Below, in pieces: positions 32,718 through 34,628 of a stretch of DNA of 34,628 nt. Source of the stretch: Chiloscyllium plagiosum (Eukaryota). Positions within the stretch are counted from its first letter, which is position 1, and each line of letters starts with the position of its first letter. Made by a program: the position numbers and the translations under genes. The stretch lies in the NCBI RefSeq assembly GCF_004010195.1, contig NW_025214707.1:5317-39944 (forward strand), given 5' to 3'. The notes under the pieces were generated by a model, which worked only from the letters and a program-made list of their open reading frames with translations, ran no database searches and was not told where the DNA came from.

Positions 32718-33361
32718 GGACTCTGAAACTCTGACAGTATTTCAGCGTTCACTGAAGGCACAGAGTACATGGGTAGGCCTCAGGTCTGAGTGGGGTTAAG
32801 TACAGCCTAATGGGTGACATAAGGCTGGGGTTAGAGTCTGTACCTTTCCTGCTTTCTCTCTCTGGGGTCCACATGGAGTGGACAACTGCGTGCAGGCTGG
32901 AAGATGTTGGAATATTTCCAGCTGCAGAAGCCTTCAGCTCGGCTGCCCTAAACTCTCTGCTCATTTTGAGTGATAGCTCTGTGGTTTGTGTCTGTTGCAA
33001 TGTGTGAAGTGGCTTTCCAGACATTGGCCTATTTGTTTACCGTTTTCTGGGATCAATGCGACCACGTGTGGATTCGTGGCGCTCCACCCCCTCCTCCCCC
33101 TGGCTACTTTGTCAAGTGCATGCCTTGTAATCTCATCAAAGTTGGCTGTGAAAGCCTACTTCAAAGAAGATCAAAGGAAACAATGATAAATAAACAGCTG
33201 CAGCCGCAGACAGCATTCCCCTGGGGCCGAAAGAAAGCAGCAGTTCAGGTCCAAGTTTCAAACTGGAGAAAGGTAGATTGTGGTGATTCGGACCTTTGAC
33301 AATACTGGGCTGCTAAATATCAAAGGCAGAAAACAAAGCCTCTGGTGGCTTTTTAATACTC

Positions 33362-34628
33362 TGAGAGTCCGAGAGATGTACAGCATGGAAACAGACCCTT
33401 CGGTCCAACCCGTCCATGCCGACCAGATATCCCAATCCAATCTAGTCCCACCTGCCAGCACCCAGCCCATTTCCCTCCAAACCCTTCCTATTCATATACC
33501 CATTCAAATGCCTCTTAAATGTTGTAATTGTACCAGCCTTCATCACTTCCTCTGGCAGCTCATTCCATACACGTACTACCTTCTACGTGAAAAAGTTGCC
33601 CCTCTTTTCTATCTTTCCCCTCTCACCCTAAACCTATGCCCTCGAGTTCTGGACTCCCTGACCCCAGGGAAAAGACTTTGTCTATTTATCCTATCCATGC
33701 CCCTCATAATTTTGTAAACCTCGATAAGGTCACCCCTCAGCCTCCGATGCTCCAGGGAAAACAGCCCCAGCCTGTTCAGCCTCTCCCTGTAGCTCAGATC
33801 CTCCAACCCAGGCAACATCCTTGTAAATCTTTTCTGGACCCTTTCAAGTTTCACAACATCTTTCCGATAGGAAGGAGACCAGAATTGTGTACAGCATTCC
33901 AATAGTGGCCTAACCAATGTCCTGTACAGCCACAATATGACTTCCCAACTCCTGTACTCAATACTCTGACCAATAAAGGAAAGCATACCAAACGCCTTCT
34001 TCACTATCCTATCTACCAGCGACTCCACTTTCATGGAGCTATGAACCTGCACTCCAAGGTCTCTTTGTTCAGCAACACTCCCCAGGACCTTACCATTAAG
34101 TGTATAAGTCCTGCTAAGATTTGCTTTCCCAAAATGCAGCACCTCGCATTTATCTGAATTAAACTCCATCTGTCACTTCTCAGCCCATTGGCCCACCTGG
34201 TCCAGATCCTGTTGTAATCTGAGGTGACCCTCTTCGCTGTCCACTACACCTCCAATTTTGGTGTCATCTGCAAACTTACTAACTGTACCTCTCATGCTCG
34301 CATCCAAATCATTTATATAAATGACAAAAAATAGAGGGCCCAGCACCGATCCTTGTGATCCACTGGTCATAGGCCTCCAGTCTGAAAAACAACCCTCCAC
34401 CACACTACCCTCTGTCTTCTACCTTTGAGCCAGTTCTGTATCCAAATGGCTAGTTCTCCCTGTATTCCATGAAATCTAACCTTGCTAACCAGTCTCCCAT
34501 GGGGAACCTTGTTGAACGCCTTACTGAAGTCCATATAGATCGCACCTACTGCTCTGCCCTCATCAATCGTCTTCAAAAAAACTCAATCAAGTTTGTGAGA
34601 CATGATTTCCCATGCACAAAGCCATGTT
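33362..34628 (-). mobile_element. CR1/HER1-type LINE (RT to 3' end), runs off window end
   Basis: YMDFSKAFNKVPH, QGSVLGP..YINDL, KFADDTK, LERVQKRFTR motifs in frameshifted minus ORFs. Confidence 0.95.

Noticed and set aside
32749..33024. Minus-strand ORF with a donor-like AAG/GTACAG near 32843 as a host exon
   Set aside because: No recognisable homology or partner exons; such sites are common by chance

Overview
Eukaryotic, repeat-saturated, apparently non-coding DNA. The SINE/LINE families indicate a cartilaginous fish (shark): HE1-type tRNA-derived SINEs sharing a 3' tail with CR1/HER1-type LINEs, and DeuSINE/SacSINE1-like fragments. Family names come from motif recognition, not a database search. 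No host exon, rRNA, real tRNA or CRISPR array can be supported. The ORFs with recognisable homology are decayed transposon fragments; the others are repeat read-through, N-gap artefacts or unrecognisable. Contents: about 20 CR1 fragments, including a ~3 kb copy with ORF1-end/APE/RT remnants at 26920-29910; several copies of a second CR1-group (L2/Crack-like) LINE; a Rex1/Babar 3' fragment; many SINEs; three tandem arrays (39, 53/54 and 24 bp units); a 500-N gap; and a frameshifted PIF/Harbinger transposase fossil. Most interesting is a family of short, often palindromic insertions with 11-14 bp target-site duplications that carry minimal hammerhead-ribozyme-like cores (CUGANGA-A-stem II-GAAACGUC) with compensatory stem II changes, typical of Penelope-like element pseudo-LTRs. 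Also noted: a CpG-retaining candidate promoter/enhancer near 30 kb and a TCF/FOX motif cluster near 33.1 kb.
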